NCBI GenBank assembly: GCA_002189035.1
Contig: CM007992.1
Span: 310,001 to 374,000, forward strand
DNA length: 64,000 bases
Reading direction: 5' to 3'
Source of the DNA: Utricularia gibba
Taxonomy: Eukaryota > Plantae > Magnoliophyta
Shown: in pieces, positions 1-12,334 of the stretch
Position numbering within the stretch: position 1 is the first letter of the stretch
Layout of the letters: the number at the start of each line of letters is the position of its first letter
Translations under genes and position numbers: made by a program
Notes under the pieces: model-generated
Databases searched by the model: none
What the model was told of the DNA's origin: nothing
What the model saw: the letters and a program-made list of their open reading frames with translations, nothing else

Positions 1-64
1 TTTTTCCTTACTGACTTCATTTTTGCATGCTCTTTCCTCTTAATACATATCTGTGAATGAACAG

Positions 65-1523
65 GCATAGATGGACAGGAAGATATGAAGCTCATCTGTG
101 GGACAATACCTGTAAGAAAGAAGGTCAAAGTAGAAAGGGGAGACAAGGTAAAATTCTCCTGGAAACACAATTTTCTCAATCATGCTATGTTTCACTCACT
201 AGCTTCTTTTGCTTCCCTGCTTCGCTGATGACCCTGCTCCAGTTTACTTAGGTAAATTTTCCTTAAGAAATCAGTTTGTACTTCAAAATTTTCGCCTCAG
301 GTTTCGATGAAAACTAACAAATGCAGAGTGTAGGTGGATATGATATGGAGCAAAAAGCAGCTCGGGCTTATGATTTAGCAGCACTCAAGTACTGGGGAGC
401 TTCCACTCACATCAATTTCCCTGTATGTGATTACTGTTCCGCATTCCCTTACTGCCTGTAATTGCAAAAGTCCAATAGTAAAAACTCAATTCAGTTGGAG
501 GATTACCAACAAGAACTGGAAGAAATGAAGAATATGAGCAGACAGGAATACGTTGCTCACTTAAGAAGGTGCTTCTCTTTCCCCAACGTTTCGATTTTCA
601 AACTGTCGTCTTCTTAAATAAAGTTTGGACCTTGTGCAGGAAAAGCAGTGGTTTTTCGAGGGGAGCCTCGATTTACAGAGGAGTTACAAGGTCTTAATGC
701 GATATTAACAATAATAACACAGCTTAGCTTTTGAAGTCTGAGGTTTGTTTCTCTTTTAGCAGACATCATCAGCATGGGCGTTGGCAAGCTAGAATCGGCA
801 GAGTTGCAGGGAACAAAGATCTTTATCTCGGGACCTTCAGTGAGACTTTTAAATACCCAGAAAGAGTGAAATTTTCATCCATTTCTTCTTAGATTTGCTG
901 ATGCTTAAGACATTGTATCAGGTACCCAGGAAGAAGCTGCAGAAGCGTACGACGTAGCTGCGATCAAATTTCGAGGTGTAAACGCTGTTACAAACTTCGA
1001 TATTTCCCGTTACGACGTTGAGCGCATCATGGAGAGCAGTACGCTACTTTCCGGTGAAACTGCGCGCCGCAACAAAGAAGCAATCACATCAAACGAACCC
1101 ATACTCGCGCACCCAAGTTACGCGAACGACAACGTGGATTTCGATCCATCTTCGAAGAGCTGCTACGACTGGCGAATGGGTCTGTATCATCAGAAGCCCA
1201 CCCCAGAGAATTTCAGCATTCCCCCAAATTCTTCACCGGCGATGATGGGTATTGGAGCAATCACCGCCAATCAACAAGGCGTCGACGAATCTGAGGTTAA
1301 ATTTACAGGGTATTTGTCGAATCCCTCATCGTTGGTGTCAAGTTTTGACAGTTCCAGAGAAGAGAGCCCGGATCGGAACAATGAGTATACCTTGGGATTC
1401 GCGATACCGCCGCCGCCGATTGGGCCGCATATTCTGCCGGTTTCGACCACAAGTTCCTGGGTTCCGGCGACGCAGATGAAGCCTCAAATACCGCTTTTTA
1501 CCACATGGGGCGATGGATCGTAG
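65..1523 (+). CDS. ANT: AINTEGUMENTA-type double-AP2-domain transcription factor, 5'-truncated by window edge
   Basis: Exons read by hand: 65-147, 243-251, 334-422, 495-568, 640-690, 763-839, 922-1523. Spliced product gives [103 protein letters not shown], the euANT signature; C-terminal PLFTTW resembles the ANT tail. Confidence 0.93.
243..251 (+). other. 9-nt micro-exon (VYL) of the first AP2 domain
   Basis: ctccAG|TTTACTTAG|GTaaat; completes G+TT TAC TTA G+GT = V-Y-L-G. This micro-exon is established in ANT/WRI1-lineage genes. Confidence 0.9.
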
Positions 1524-1906
1524 GGCATTTTGCCCTGGGTGCTCAGATGTCTCGGGGTCCCCTTCTGTCAGCAAGCCATGCTACTGTGATCCGCGAGTGA
1601 TTATTACACTATAATTAGGATCACCCTCCTTCATCCTTTGACCTCTTTTCCTGCCTACACTCCTACAGTAGCTGTCTGTTTAAGTTTAGAAATAGGGCCA
1701 GTTGAGTTTGTATTCAGTGAGAGGCTCTGAATATGAAATGGGTACTTGGAGAAGATGGGGATTTTTCGTTGAGCCCCCTGCAACAGGGAAATACAATACA
1801 ATGATACAGCACAAAAAAATGAATCCCACACCTGAACTTCCTTTCCTCCTGCTTCAATTAGAACAGGAAGAAGCATGGTGAACAATAGGTAGATTTTGGA
1901 TCCTTC

Positions 1907-3553
1907 TTAGTTTGTGAAGAGTTGGCTTCCAAGAGTAACGGTTGTGGTTCCTTCTCCGATAACCGTTGTCCGGGATATCTCGTTCTCTAGTATCTGTTCC
2001 AGCTCCATAGCCACATTCGCCATTCTTGGCCTCTCTGTACTGGGAAACCGTGTGCATTTCTGCATCATCCTTAAGAGATCCCTCATTCCTTCCTCTGTGA
2101 AGCTGCCGGCCAAACGACTGTCGATGAGATCATCTGCTCGTAGATGGTTTTGTACCTGTAATGAAGCTTTCACGTTGATTTTTTTGATTGAAGACATATA
2201 TGGTTTGGAAATGGACGTACCCACTGAAGAATGCTGTCATTTGATCGGAAGGCATTCTCATCTTTTAGCTCTTCTCCGGAGATGAGCTCCAGAACTAGAA
2301 TACCGAAGCTGTAAACATCGTTTGACACTCGAGGGATGTCGCCAGGGCGCAGCCTGCACAATGCATGGAGATTATGCAGGGGAGGAAAGGATGAGAGAGT
2401 TGGTGAGAGGGAGGTAAGCTTACTCTGGATCCTTGAAGGGGTTGAAAGAACTTGAGGCAGATGAAGAAGATGCATCACTAATTTTCACAATGAGTCTTGA
2501 AACTCCAGCATCTGAAACCTTGGCTATGAAGTTTTCGTCAACCAGAACATTTGCTGTCCTGAAATTCCCATGAACCAATGGAGTATGTAGAGAGTGTAAA
2601 TGGCATAAACCTGTTACAGTAACAGAAAGATTCAGGAGTCAAATCTACAACACTTTCTAGGAAACCTTGAATGAGCAGTAAAATGGTCGAAACCTCTTGC
2701 TGCAGCAACTAAAATGGAGAGCCTTTGCTTGAATTCGAGCTTGATCCTTGAATCTTCATAGAGAAATATCGAAAAGATTAGTAAAAGAAAAAAAAGTGAA
2801 GCTTTCTATATGTTTGGAGGACATGGAAGAGAAGCAAGTGATTGATTACCACTTTCCAAATGATTTTTGATGCTTCCATTAGGTAGAAACTCAAATACTA
2901 GCATCAGCAATCCTCTGTCTTGACAGTAACCAAGAAGTGTAACTAAATTGCTGTGCCGAATTCTCGAAAGACAGCATACCTGAAACCAAAGCAACCCCTT
3001 AAAATCTCAGAAAAATAACCAATATCTGTAGTATGCACTGACTAAGAAGTTGTATCTGTTTTATTGCCTCTTCGATGAACTCCGGTTGATGTTGACCACT
3101 GCGTCGCTTGACGGCAATGATAGTTCCGTCGGAGAGCAATCCTTTAAAAACCGGGCCAAAGGTTCCATGACCAATAAGATTGCTCTCATGGAAGTATCTG
3201 GTTGCTTGCTCCAGTTCTTCAATCCTGAATTTTCTAGCTTCTGGTGAACTGGAAAGAGTAAGAGGTGAACTTGAATAAGGGCCACCACTTCTGCCACTGG
3301 TCATCTCCACTATGACAATCCAACATTAAAGCTAGACAAGCATCAAAGAGCAACAACAAAAATATCAGAACTAAGAGAGGGAGGAATGGGCTTTACCAAC
3401 AGCTGCTGATGGATCTGAAGAACTGGTTTCCGATTCTTTGTTGGAGGATTTCCTGAACCGGTTGTTGAAATACCATATCAAAAAGGCGAAGACCCCCAGT
3501 AGCAATATCGCCAGTACAAGTCCGATTATAACTGCATATGTAGTCTTCTTCAT
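1907..3553 (-). CDS. Single-pass receptor-like kinase with almost no ectodomain; degenerate catalytic loop
   Basis: N-terminal TM helix (YAVIIGLVLAILLLGVFAFLIWYF), then spliced kinase: GHGTFGPVFKG, IAVKRR, RHSNLVTLLGYC, LVHGNFRTANVLVD, VSDAG, KDPE, DVYSFG, RPRMANV. Exons include 3553-3397, 3309-3068, 2979-2850. Confidence 0.88.
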
Positions 3554-6492
3554 TGTTGTCTTGAGCAGATCTGGAAATCAATCCTGTGGCATAGAGAATG
3601 AAACGTATGCTGCTTTTTTAGCAGAAACAGTGGCATGAGCGCGAAATGCATAGTTCAAGCATTGAGGAACTGCTTGCTAATTAGGATGCCTTTGGTTGAT
3701 GGAAGTAATACTTGTGGTAGCTTTCTTTTGTGGCAGAATCCTGAGCTTCTAGTATTTAGGAAAAAACTTTCTCGGCCATTGCCAATGGCGGTCTGAAGCA
3801 TCAAACTTGAGATTTGGGGAAACAGGAAGTTATTGAAGAGAAATGCTGCCAATATATATTGCTGGACAACTCAAAAGTTTTGACACTGTACCCCACGCTG
3901 CTGTCCTGTCCAAAACATTCAATCTAGACCAAGGAAAAAACCTCTGAATCCTCTCACCATTGAATGCAATTCTTACAGCACTTATTGAAAAAAAAACTAT
4001 GAAATAAATAACATATTTGAGGGATTCTTGCATCCGAATGAAACAACAAAGAACTGTTTTTCACATTATTGCTCAGCTAGGCCTCATCAATCCCATTTGC
4101 CCTTTCCATGATTTCTACTTTAAGAGAGAAAGGGAAGTGAGACAAGTTAAACTGTAACAAGGCATCTGTATAAGAAGATGAACGTACACATGAAGTCAAG
4201 GTCATTGATGAACTTCCATAATCTCCAGCATGTATGCATTTCCAAGAAAAGTGAAACCTCCATGTTGAAAGGGCAATTGTGAAAACATCCCAAAGGAGAG
4301 TTCTGATGTAATTCTGCATCAGTTGCAACTTCCAGTGCCCAAAACTTTCCATTTCTCGGGAATATGAAAGTCAGAATTTTGCGGCCATTTGGAAAGAGGG
4401 ACAACTCAGAACACTTGATAGGATAATTATTGCACAAAATCCAACGTAAGAATAGTTTAACTCATTTATCAGGACGTGATTCCCCCGCTTCTATCTCTGT
4501 CCATTTCCATCATTTCACACCACAACCTCTTTTTTCTCGCTTGAGTTCTGTCGCTGTGCTGGAAAGAACAGACCCAGTTACCATTTTTAATGAATAGGAT
4601 GAGAGACAGTTCTTCTAGAGAGAGGATGACAGCTGAGGCAAGAAAGCGATAACTGCACCAGGCCGTGCAAGTTTCCAGCTTCTCTTCTTTTGTTTGCTTT
4701 TGTCCATAGAAAGTTGGTATTCCCTGCAAATCAGAGCCCCCTGTTTTTCACCTACTAACAATCTTCCTTCCAATTCCTTTCCCTGTAGGACAGCCTCGCC
4801 TAGCATTCAAAAACAACTGTCTTCTCCTCTCATGACCAGATGAGAATGCAACACAAAATTAAAGATTTTAGTCTAGAAGAAACTATGTGAAAATCTAGAC
4901 AAGAAAGATTTTATGTTTACTGTGTCCAAGATAATAGAAACTTAGGTATTCCACATTATCTCTGCCTGTAGTATGCACAGAAAACCTCCAAATAAGAAAA
5001 CTGTAGTCCATCAAATTATGAGCCATAGACAAGCTTCAAGTGGGCTTGTAAAAAAAAAGGTTCTTCGTGTAACACCACTCAAGGCACATATGTTCCTCTA
5101 TTTGCAGATCTTCCTGTGGGAAAGATATTCTCTCTGCGTTGCTGATTTGTAACTTGGCCCTGCAGAAGAGGTTAATCAGGTGGTCCTCAAGACGCGTACA
5201 ATTCTTTTACTTTGTCATCCCCACATGCAAACAGCAAACCAAAAAGAACTCTTTCCGGTTAGAGGTTCCCTTTCCAACCTTGGAATTTCAACAACAAAAT
5301 TTAACTGGTATGAACACACACCCTTTACACACAAAAAGTTGATTTCAAAGAGTTTCCATGTTGCAAGATATATCGTTTTGCCGGAGTAAGATGGGGAAAA
5401 ATAGCACATTATTCCTCTTCCTAGTGGTGGTCACTAAAGGGACATTCTTTATACTGAAACATCACCCCACCAGCAGACACTTATCAAAGAATCTCTGCCC
5501 CGCGCGGTGAACAGTGTATCCACACAAGGCTTTCATGTGAATAAAAAGGTATACTTCTTGTCATCAGGCAACTAGTTGCATTTACAGATCTGTCTTCTTG
5601 TTTTTCCAACTCTGCATAAAGAAAAAACATATATACCACGGCACAAGTATGGTGAATTCGATTCTGCTTGATTGGATTCACTAATGAAATTCATTTATGT
5701 GCGACAGAAGGGCCTTAACCTGCAGTTGCTACAAATTTCTTAAATTTTTCTACATAGCTGAAATCCAACACTTGATTTCAACAGAAATGACTTGAATTTG
5801 GTCTTTGGAACGCGTGCTCCACTCATACTGTAACGTCTTTTTCATCTGGGCACTGCCCAGAAGGAGAAAGAAAGCAAGTGATCTGTCAAACTGACTCCAC
5901 TGCCAATTTGTAATTTAACATGGGTGGGGTGATGGGGTGGGGGTAGACAGGAATAATCAAGATATTGTGAACTCAAATCTAATCATGTGGAGTACATAAT
6001 GTATTTTTTTTATGCAAACTAAAACAAAGTAGAAACGACCAAACTCTCACCAACTGACCTTCGGAAAGAACGTTGCATTGGGAAGGCTCTCTTAGCACTT
6101 TCTAAAGCTTCTCTATTGCAAAAGAATGATTTGCTCTTTTTTCCCCAGTAAGCGGTCATTTCTCCACTCTGCACTCCGCACCAATTCTGCCTAAACAAGA
6201 CCAGAAATCCGAGTCGCAAAGTGGGGCATTCGCACTCGATATTCTCCATCGGAAAATACACCCCGCCCACGAGACGACCACTGGTCCCGGCAAGACCTCG
6301 ACCACCGGAAAAACCACTCGGACAGCATTTCCCGGTGACCAAATCCACCACCCCAGACGACCGAAGACGACAGGGGCGATCCTAAACGGGTCGGTTACCG
6401 TTCATGGGCTGCACTGAAAGTGGGCCCTCACGTTCCCATCCATTCCGACTTCGTAGCCCATTGGGCCTGATCATATGCAAATATATAACCCC

Positions 6493-6520
6493 CTCTCTCT
6501 CTCCCTCTCTCTCTCTCTCT
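6493..6520. repeat. (CT)n microsatellite
   Basis: Interrupted CT dinucleotide run visible directly. Confidence 0.9.
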
Positions 6521-6839
6521 TCGCAGAATACTGATGATTGCAGTGTCCAACAAAAGCTCATAAAGTTGGTGCCCTTTTCTGGATTCTCGAGGGGAGCGAG
6601 TGAGTTGAGGGATGCTCACGTGGGAATCTCACTGGAATTTGGACAACTTTGTCCCATAAAAATGAGATGACTCGACTGGTACAACGTCTGCTGTGAATGG
6701 AAATCGATCATACCAAGAAGATGAAGCTTGCGGTTATTTCTTCTAGAAAAAAAAACATTACAATCTCTCAAAGCATAACTTGCCCCTAACAACAACAACA
6801 ACAGCTTCTCCTGTTCAGCTGCAATCGGAACAACTCCAC

Positions 6840-7139
6840 TCAAAGCCAAAGAGCGCCGGCTTTCTTCAGCATGCGTTTCAGGTCTCCCTTGAGGTGAAGG
6901 TTCAAGATCTCATCCGAACCTCCGGCGAACTTCCCACCAATGTAGACCGCCGGCACGGCAGTGTCGGAGCCGAGGAGCTGCTCGATCTCCCGGCCACGTG
7001 GGATCTCGTCCAGCTCGTAGATCGTGGGGTTGACCCCGAAATCACTGAAGAGTGTCTTGATCGTGTGGCTCATACAGCATGAGGTTTTGCTGAAAATCAC
7101 CACTGGCTTTTCGGCCACCATCCTGTTGACTCTCTCCAT
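6840..7139 (-). CDS. CC-type glutaredoxin (ROXY family, GRXS3-8-like)
   Basis: Intronless 99 aa ORF with CCMS active site, [21 protein letters not shown] and C-terminal ALWL (TGA-interaction motif). Confidence 0.95.
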   Translation of the reverse strand: MERVNRMVAEKPVVIFSKTSCCMSHTIKTLFSDFGVNPTIYELDEIPRGREIEQLLGSDTAVPAVYIGGKFAGGSDEILNLHLKGDLKRMLKKAGALWL

Positions 7140-7578
7140 GGATGCTTCCCGTCTTGTGCTTGGTGTGTGAGGGGAAATGAGAAGCGCTCAATGTGGTTTT
7201 TATAGTGATGCTGCTGAGGACAGAAGGTGTTTGTGATCAATCACAGACAGCAGGAAGGATATACGACAGTGGCTTGCCCTCTCTGTAGCGCACCGACGCC
7301 TTCTGGATTTTGATTCGGATATGATTCGAGCCATGCGGGCAACTAGGTGCTCTCAACACAGAGAAGCCATGTGTTGCAGCATCATTCCCTGCCATGTCTG
7401 CTGCTGCAAGCTTCTCGGGTCACCTTAAGCGCAAACCATGAGGGGCCTGTGCGTGTTTGGTTCTTAAAAAAAGCATCTTTGTTGCCAGAATTACGTGAGA
7501 TGGACGATCAGAACAATAACAACTAAGAGGATGAAGCTCCCGAAGGCGAATCTCTGCGTACGAAAAGAAAAGCAGGCA

Positions 7579-7629
7579 GATACGGACACGTCGTGTCTGG
7601 GATACGGACACGTCGTGTCTGGGATACGG
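7579..7629. repeat. 22-bp tandem repeat (2.3 copies) upstream of the glutaredoxin
   Basis: GATACGGACACGTCGTGTCTGG at 7579-7600 and 7601-7622, then GATACGG. Confidence 0.9.
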
Positions 7630-10021
7630 GCTCATCATAATGCGCATGATAACGATGAGAGTGCAGCAACTCGAATTTGGCTTGCGATCCACTGCTTTTT
7701 CATTTCGCTGCTTTATTCATTACTCGACTCCATCCCTTTCTAAGAAAGCTCGACTAGATGGTATGTATGAAGTTCAATAATATGAATCATATTACGAAAA
7801 ATTAAATTAAATTCATTATTAGTAATTTACAATTTATTATATATTCAAAAAAATAAATATTTTGATATCATGTTGAAATTATGAATTCAATGAATCGAGT
7901 GAAAATATATGAAATTTAAATACATAATAAATGTGAATTATATTACAAAAGATTAAAATCAATCAATTATTAATAATATTTAATTTTTTTATATACTTTA
8001 TTATTTTATTTTTAAATTTCGATATTAGATTATTTGTTTTAATAGTACCCACCCACAACATCTGATACACATCAACACTCGGAAATGATTGAGCATCAGC
8101 CGGAACATTTGGGACCAACTGGTTCAGCTGATTTGAGGGCAAGAATGAATGCGGCATGAGCGCATGGAGGTGCTCCGAGGATCGCAAGCGAACGACCGGC
8201 GAGTGGATGAGCAACACCAACGGAAAGCACCGCAGAGAAAAAAAGAAGGAATATGCCAATCCACTCACATCCAGCGCCCAAGAGAAATCTTCCTTGCCAA
8301 GTTGACTGCTCTTTATGCCTCCTAGCATTTCAACACCAACCCCACCCCCCTCAAAAAAAAAAAAAAAGATTTATAATGAGGATGAGCATTGACTTTGCAT
8401 TAGAAATATATATTTTTTTAATTTTTTGAAGATAAAAAAACTAAAAGTAAGTAATTGTATATTTTTATAATATTGATATCTCAAAAATTACTTTTTTTTT
8501 TTTATCAACATTCGAATTGTTTGAATCATTTTTTATTTCCTTAAATTCTAAACAATTGAGAATGAAACATGTGAAATGATGTTTATAAGCGAAAAAAATA
8601 CTTTCGCATAAAAAGTATTTTGAAAAGAGATCTTATGTCACTGGCATCAATTGGGAGGTGGTATGGTTGATCACGAATTTAGAGTTTAGGATTTAGGATA
8701 GTATAAGGATAGGATGGAATGAATAGGGTGGCGGCATGAAAATATATAATATTGGGAGGGAGGGATGGATGGATGGATGGAGAAGCAATGGGGATTTGCG
8801 TAGTGCGACTGGATTTGAAGGGTGGGCGCACTTTGGGAAGAATCGATATCCGGAAAACAAGATACGTGACTGTGGATGGAAAGTGACGAACTGGGAGGAA
8901 TTCTACGCCCTCCCCTGGAGCACAAAGGCATCACGCTTCACGCTTTGAATCCCACGCACACCGCCTTTTCAACGCTCTTTTTCGCCCTTTTTGTTTCTGA
9001 GGCTGATAGTACGATGATGGGAATCAGGGACTTCCGCCAGCCCAGCCCAGAGTGCCAAACACCCACCCCGCCGGATTCAGAGATGAAACTACTTCTAAAT
9101 TTAAAACCAGCAGTGGTTTTGGTTTGACTAAGGGCGGCATTTTGGAATCTGATAACAAGGAAGTTGCTGCTACGCTTCTAAGTCGATAGGTTTTTGGGTG
9201 GGTTTGCACCTTCCCTGTGCGTAGTCATTTTTGGGTTTAGGGGACTTCCAAAATTCAACTCGATCTAATAAATTAAAATCTTAGGTACACGTGAAACCTA
9301 ACTTATTTTAAAATCCATCAAAGTTATTATGTTGATTTTTCATGTAAACTAGTTGAAATGGTTTTCAATCATAAATCGTAAATACTAAACTAATTGAAAT
9401 GTCTTTTAAATAATAATGTTGTATTGTCAATCTCCTTATTCAATATTAAATACATTAGAAATGCGAATTATATTAAAAAAATATTAAATTCAATTGATTA
9501 CTATTAATTTATAATTTTATATATTTAATTATTTTAATTTATTTTTTAATATAAAAGAGGAGCATTCTGATAATGCACACAAGGAGAAGCATAGAAATAG
9601 CATGAGTCCCGAAACAAGACTGACCATGAAGCGATCACATTCTTTCCCTGTTCTGGCCATACTGGATCTTCAATTAAAAATCTAATATTCTTAAAAATAA
9701 AATAACTGATTATAATTACTAAATTTAAATAATAATTATCAGACACATTTTTTTAAAATATTTAACGATCTAATTATCTATTTATATTATATATCAGTTT
9801 ATATCATTTGATACATTGGTTTTTTGTATTCATATATAATGATAACTCATAAATTATATTTATTTAATAATTTTGATGTAAAGTATTTGGAAATATTAAT
9901 AAAATATTGATTGAATGAATTTAATAATTTTGGAAATTTAGTTGAAATTTAAAATCTTGTTACGTTAATAATAAGTGATATTTTTCTAGTAATCGATTTA
10001 TTTAAATGAGATACAAATTTC

Positions 10022-10821
10022 TCACTTTAGGTTTTCCTCAGACTCAGGCATGGTGGATGCAACAAGGACAAGATCCTCGGGCTGGGATGGTTTCTCTTCT
10101 TCGTCAGGGGAATGCTTCTCTTCAACAGAGGCTTCCACCTCTGCAACTTCGTCCTTCATCGGAATTACTCCTCCAAGCACTACAAAAACACACTGGCGTA
10201 AACCAGAGCCCCTATTCTTGAATTCAAGAAAACATCACCAACCTTCATTTTGTGCATTCGGGTTCCCTGCTGTTGTTTCTTCTGCTTTCTCTGCAGATTT
10301 GCTTTCTTGAATTGAAGATGAAGCAGATTCGTCATTGTTTACGATTGCCTTGTCTTGTTCTTGTTGAAGACCCTCAGCCGCATGTTTCTCTTCATCAGCT
10401 TCTTCTGTAGGTACCGATGAAACACCTTTTTAAACATTGACGCAAACCTTACGACGAATAGAAAGATGGGAAGAAATCATCGATCACCTCCATTTGCATC
10501 TGCATTGCCATTTTCTTCTGTTTTCTCCTCCGTTTCTTTTATTATCTCTTCTTGTTGTTGTTCAGGGATCGGGATTTCTTCAGTTTTGATCGATTTCTTG
10601 TCCTTCGAAACTACAATTCCATAGTCATTTTCGTCCATTTTTCTGGTTCCAATTCCTTCATCTTTCTTGCGATTTCCCCTTTCTTCGATCATGGGTTGGG
10701 TTCCATCCGAATTCACATTCTCACGACCTTTGGAATTGTCTTTAAAGCTTCTGCCTCTGCTCTTGCTCGGGGTGAGAACGTTCTTTGTGTTGACAGCATG
10801 TTTGGATTCCCCACAACCCAT
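10022..10821 (-). CDS. Uncharacterised acidic, low-complexity protein with N-terminal MGCGESKH acylation motif
   Basis: ATG at 10821 gives MGCGESKHAV; three E/K-rich exons join in frame through GT-AG introns to TGA at 10022-10024 (..PESEENLK*). Confidence 0.75.
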
Positions 10822-12334
10822 TCGACGAAATGCGAAGGAAGGAATCCAAGAAAATAGAGAAGGAATGGACGACTTCAAACAGGGGAAACACCTCAGGTTT
10901 AAATAGCAGCAGGAGAACTACATGCTTTGCAATATTTTCGCGTTCCTCTTTTCTTGCAGAATTTGGATGGACGTGAAGAACAGAGCATCCTTCATAATGC
11001 CCTTGAGATAATCTCTGCCACAAACACATGCACACAATCACAACTTCAATCTTGTTGCTTTTTTGTCCCTACTTATTACAAAACTGCCTTGCCTTGATCC
11101 CATTCATTAAAAACATGTCTTTTATCAGTTATCCCATTCAATAGAAAAAGGGGTTGTTTTTTTGGGTTCATCCTCTACCCTCCTGTTGCGATGGCACTTT
11201 TCTCTTTCTGCACTTTCCATTTTTTGTATTCTTTCAAAACCTGGGCTCACCCATTCAACAAAATCCTATGGAAGATCTGACCAGTGATAATATACTTTCT
11301 AGAACATAGGCTCTGGGCATGTTCTCTGTGTGTTTGAATTGCTGGACTACTGATTTCCTTTCTGGCAGCTTTGCATCTGATTCGATATTGTAGATTCACG
11401 TAGTTACCAGTCTTCTTTCATCAGTTTGTTAGGGAAATTTGGGGTCCTTGCGGATTCCTGTATCTGGGCTATTGGCGCCTGTGTTTCATGCAGCCTCTTA
11501 GAACGATACAATGCTAATCATTCAACACTGTTTTCATTTAGTGCTTACAACCATTTTAAACCTGTTGACAATTTGACTGATCCGATGTTGATTTAGGTGC
11601 AAGCACTACAGAAGACGATGTCGGATTCGAGCTCCATGCTGTAACGAAGTCGGCGATTGTCGTCAACTGTCTCCGTAGCTGCTCTGTTGGGACATTGCTT
11701 ACAGATACTGCTGTCCAATAGGCTCCAAGTCAATCCTAACACATGCCCAGAATCTGGGGAAGAATAGACGAAGAGGCCTATGTGGTTTAACTGAGAACCC
11801 TGTCAGCTTCTACAAGCCTCAGGTAGTTCATCTCTGAGTTTTTGTACAGATCGAAGAAGCAGGCGTGCCAGAGGAATGCTGACACAGCAAACTTCATGCC
11901 CCACCTCTGTGATTCAGAGCAAAAGCTTCCTCATTTCATCGAATCATCTGATCCCCACATAGCATATACAGGTTTGGAGTCTCTGCAGAGATACGCCGGA
12001 AGCCTAGTTCCACCTTATCGGTGAGAAACACGGGCACTGTAAATCATACAATACGAGGACGGTTGCTGCTCCAGCTCTTCCTCACTAAGGTATCACAATG
12101 TTATGCTGCTAACTTGGAAACTCTTAACAGAATGCATATGCCTATGTAAGAAACCGGCGATGAATGTTCGATGCTTCAGAACCGGAACACTGAGAATGGA
12201 AAATGGTTCACACTTCAAAGTTTCGAGAGTAAAAACAGAAGAAGATTTCAGAAAGCACAGTCAGGGTCGCATTGCATTACAACAACACACATCAGATTCA
12301 CTACTTACCGCTTCAACAGAAGCCCCCATCTCGT

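Noticed and set aside
3650-6400. Short ORFs upstream of the kinase as a separate gene or conserved uORFs
   Set aside because: No recognisable motif; more likely a long leader/intron or intergenic DNA.
7579-7629. CRISPR-like repeat
   Set aside because: Units are directly adjacent with no spacers, in eukaryotic context with no cas genes.
8680-8700. TTTAGAGTTTAGGATTTAGG as an interstitial telomere
   Set aside because: Only about 3 degenerate units; no perfect TTTAGGG array.
8040-9240. Two GC-richer islands with ORFs (7963-8328, 8876-9127) in AT-rich DNA
   Set aside because: All frames translated; no known peptide-hormone or domain motif, and no terminal inverted repeats to support a Pack-MULE call.
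11311-11752. 11-bp inverted repeat (TCTGGGCATGT / ACATGCCCAGA) as a miRNA hairpin
   Set aside because: Pairing does not extend, the arms are about 420 nt apart, and there is no match to conserved miRNA families I know.
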